Assembly (NCBI GenBank): GCA_045586685.1
Contig: JAZNAU010000009.1
Coordinates: 1 to 64,000, forward strand
Reading direction: 5' to 3'
From: Clostridia bacterium
GTDB taxonomy: Bacteria; Bacillota; Clostridia; HGM11514
Length of the DNA stretch: 64,000 nt
Translations under genes and position numbers: made by a program
Shown here: in pieces, positions 61,560 to 64,000 of the stretch
Numbering within the stretch: the stretch's first letter is position 1
Layout: each line of letters begins with the position of its first letter
The notes under the pieces: generated by a model
Told to the model about the DNA's origin: nothing
The model's database searches: none
What the model saw: only the letters and a program-made list of their open reading frames with translations

Positions 61560-62576
61560 TCACAAATCCAATTTTAAATCATTTTGTCTGATCCATTTTA
61601 CCTTACGCAAAGGATAAGCAATAATGGGAGTGAGTACAGCGGGAAGAACAAAACAAATTAACACCATACCAATCATACTGAACAAGTCGGTATGACCTGC
61701 CGCCAGAACACCGATGGGTCCCACCAGACCGCAGGTTCCCATACCGGAGGCAACTGCAATTCCGTTTTCCATTTTAAATAGGCAAGTTGCCATAGGTCCT
61801 GTAATGGCAGAAACCAAAATGGGCGGAATCCAGATACGGGGATTCCTCATAATATTCCCCATTTGAAGCATAGACGTACCCAACCCTTGGGCAATAATGC
61901 CGCCAAATCCATTTTCTTTAAAGCTCATTACCGCAAAGCCCACCATCTGTGCACAACAGCCCGCCGTCGCCGCACCGCCTGCTAAGCCCACTAATCCCAG
62001 AGAGGCACAAATGGCTGCAGAGCTTATGGGAAGAGTTAATGCAATACCCACCAGCACAGAAACCAAAATTCCCATTAACAACGGCTGTAATTCTGTACAG
62101 GTCATAATTAAATTTCCTGCAGCAGTCATAATTTTGGCAATCCAAGGACCTGTCAGCAGACTCATTGCCGTACCGGATGCAATCACCACAGTAGGAGTAA
62201 CAATAATATCAATCTTCGTTGTTTTATAAAACAGTTTTCCAAGTTCCGTTGCAACAACTACTGCACAAAACACCCCAAGGGGGCCTCCTAAAGAATTGGC
62301 TCCGTACCCTACCGCGCACATGGAAAGAAGAACCAACGGAGGTGCTTCCAAAGCAGAGGCAACCGCGATTGCCATTGCAGGGCCCTGTGCTGCAACTGCA
62401 TATTCCTTCATGGTTGCAAAAAACTCGATTCCTGTTTTGTCATAAATGGTTCCGAATATGGTACCTATCAACAACGAGGCAAATAACCCCATTGCCATTG
62501 CACCCAATGCATCAATAAAATAACGTTTAAAAGAAATTTCGATTTTCTTTTGTTTTAAAAATCCTGCCATATTCAT
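61560..62576 (-). CDS. PTS EIIC-like membrane protein
   Basis: MAMGLFASLLIG; LPISSAA; GCCAQMVG; GLGTSMLQ; SGMGTCGLVG. Confidence 0.85.
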   Translation of the reverse strand: MNMAGFLKQKKIEISFKRYFIDALGAMAMGLFASLLIGTIFGTIYDKTGIEFFATMKEYAVAAQGPAMAIAVASALEAPPLVLLSMCAVGYGANSLGGPLGVFCAVVVATELGKLFYKTTKIDIIVTPTVVIASGTAMSLLTGPWIAKIMTAAGNLIMTCTELQPLLMGILVSVLVGIALTLPISSAAICASLGLVGLAGGAATAGCCAQMVGFAVMSFKENGFGGIIAQGLGTSMLQMGNIMRNPRIWIPPILVSAITGPMATCLFKMENGIAVASGMGTCGLVGPIGVLAAGHTDLFSMIGMVLICFVLPAVLTPIIAYPLRKVKWIRQNDLKLDL

Positions 62577-62691
62577 TCAATCCTTTCATGTAAAATTTCT
62601 TTTTACTTATTATATTACATCTTACATAAAATTTCAAGTATTTCCTTTATTTTTTATAAAAAATAAAGATCTTTTTGCCTTTCTTAAAACA

Positions 62692-62720
62692 TTGACATTG
62701 ATTTTGGAATGTGATATACT
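62692..62720 (+). promoter_or_regulatory. sigma-A promoter of nth
   Basis: TTGACA-17bp-TATACT with extended -10 TG. Confidence 0.7.
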
Positions 62721-62754
62721 AATATGTAAGAATCCAAGAAAGGACACCTTTCTT

Positions 62755-63396
62755 ATGAACAAAAAACAAAAATTTATTGCGGAGATTCGTCCTATTCTGG
62801 AGCAAGCCTATCCGGATTCTTGCTGTTCTCTGAATTTTGAGACAGCCCACGAGCTTTTGATTGCCACTCAGTTAGCAGCTCAATGTACCGATGCACGGGT
62901 CAATCTTGTTACCCCCGCCCTGTTCGAACGATATCCTACCATAGATGCTTTTGCAGAAGCAGACCAAAGCGAACTGGAAGGATACATTCATTCTACAGGA
63001 TTTTTTCGGAACAAAGCAAAAAACATTATCGGATGCTGTCAAATGCTTCGTGATGAATTTGGCGGTACTGTTCCCGACTCCATGGAAGAACTGACCAGAC
63101 TTCCCGGCGTAGGCCGAAAAACTGCCAATATCATTTTGGGTGATGTGTACGGTTTGCCCTCGGTTGTGGTGGATACTCACTGCATCCGTCTTTCCAACAG
63201 AATGGGTCTTACCAAACAAAAAGATCCGGTTAAAATTGAAATGGAACTGAGACAGATTATTCCGCAAGACTATCAAACAAATTTTTGCCATACTCTGGTT
63301 TTTCATGGCCGTGCTTTTTGTAAAGCACAGCGCCCTGATTGCGAGCATTGCCCTATCAATGCTCTTTGTCCCAAGATTATAGCAAAAAAGAAATAA
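62755..63396 (+). CDS. nth: Endonuclease III
   Basis: AQCTD; LPGVGRKTAN HhH; VDTH; C..QRPDC..CP....C Fe-S motif. Confidence 0.96.
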   Translation: MNKKQKFIAEIRPILEQAYPDSCCSLNFETAHELLIATQLAAQCTDARVNLVTPALFERYPTIDAFAEADQSELEGYIHSTGFFRNKAKNIIGCCQMLRDEFGGTVPDSMEELTRLPGVGRKTANIILGDVYGLPSVVVDTHCIRLSNRMGLTKQKDPVKIEMELRQIIPQDYQTNFCHTLVFHGRAFCKAQRPDCEHCPINALCPKIIAKKK

Positions 63397-63430
63397 TTGA
63401 CAATCCAATGAAGAAAGGAAATAATGAAGA

Positions 63431-64000
63431 ATGAAACAGATTTTATTGGGAAACCAAGCTGTGGCAAGAGGATTTTACGAAGCCGGTGCAACGGTGGTTT
63501 CATCCTATCCCGGAACCCCTAGCACGGAAGTAACGGAATTTGCCGCATTGTATGATGAAATTTATGCAGAATGGGCACCAAACGAAAAGGTTGCAGTTGA
63601 AACCGCCATTGGTGCGTCGGTAGCAGGAGCGAGAGCTGCTGCCTGTATGAAGCACGTTGGCTTAAATGTTGCGGCTGACCCTGTGTTTACGGCATCCTAT
63701 ACAGGAACCAACGGCGGATTAGTCCTTGTTGTGGCAGATGACCCGGGAATGCATTCCAGCCAGAACGAACAGGATACCAGACGAATATGCATAGCAGCCA
63801 AACTTCCCGTGCTGGAGCCCTCTGACAGTACAGAATGTAAAGAATTTACCAAATTAGCATTTAAACTTTCCGAAGAATACGACACTCCTGTTATATTACG
63901 ATTATGTACAAGAGTGGCACACTCACAAAGCTTGGTAGAGCTTTGTGAGCCGGAAGCGTTTGACAAAAAAGAATATGTAAAAAATGCGGGGAAATATGTG
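63431..64000 (+). CDS. iorA: Indolepyruvate:ferredoxin oxidoreductase alpha subunit (truncated by window end)
   Basis: Manual translation MKQILLGNQAVARGFYEAG...SYPGTPSTE...NEKVAVE...MKHVGLNVAAD...ADDPGMHSSQNEQD. Confidence 0.93.
   Translation, partial: MKQILLGNQAVARGFYEAGATVVSSYPGTPSTEVTEFAALYDEIYAEWAPNEKVAVETAIGASVAGARAAACMKHVGLNVAADPVFTASYTGTNGGLVLVVADDPGMHSSQNEQDTRRICIAAKLPVLEPSDSTECKEFTKLAFKLSEEYDTPVILRLCTRVAHSQSLVELCEPEAFDKKEYVKNAGKYV

Noticed and set aside
15-63966. Numerous short antisense or alternate-frame ORFs in the track
   Set aside because: They are shadows of well-supported housekeeping genes with no independent signals.

Overview
Chromosomal window from a low-GC, spore-forming Clostridia-type Firmicute. 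It is mostly housekeeping: hprK, rpsF-ssb-rpsR, rpmE, yhbY-nadD/yqeK-rsfS-leuS-cysE, a TetR-led fatty-acid synthesis operon, dprA-topA-trmFO-tyrS-hisHF, infC-rpmI-rplT, spoVG-prs-pth-mfd, murC, nth and iorA. It also has three tRNAs (Pro-UGG, Ile2-CAU, Leu-GAG), a TPP riboswitch, ribosomal-protein leaders and three surface proteins ending in a copper-amine-oxidase-N-like domain. No integrase, transposase, CRISPR array or rRNA was seen. The most unusual signal is non-coding: three ~180-215 bp 'hairpin-ladder' elements (23827-24044, 49332-49525, 52968-53145). Each is built from short spacers in mirror orientation, separated by mini-hairpins with GNA/GNNA-type loops, and ends in a terminator followed by TGG. 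Two abut tRNA 3' ends, and two near-identical copies bracket an AT-rich thiamine-salvage operon. Degenerate tRNA-3'-end-like sites (TGG-N15-T(C/A)GA) lie at the boundaries. This suggests a possible tRNA-anchored cassette/insertion system, which is an inference. Also notable: accD/accA without accB/accC, next to an orphan oadB plus an unannotated oadG-like gene, and a PurF homologue lacking the N-terminal Cys.
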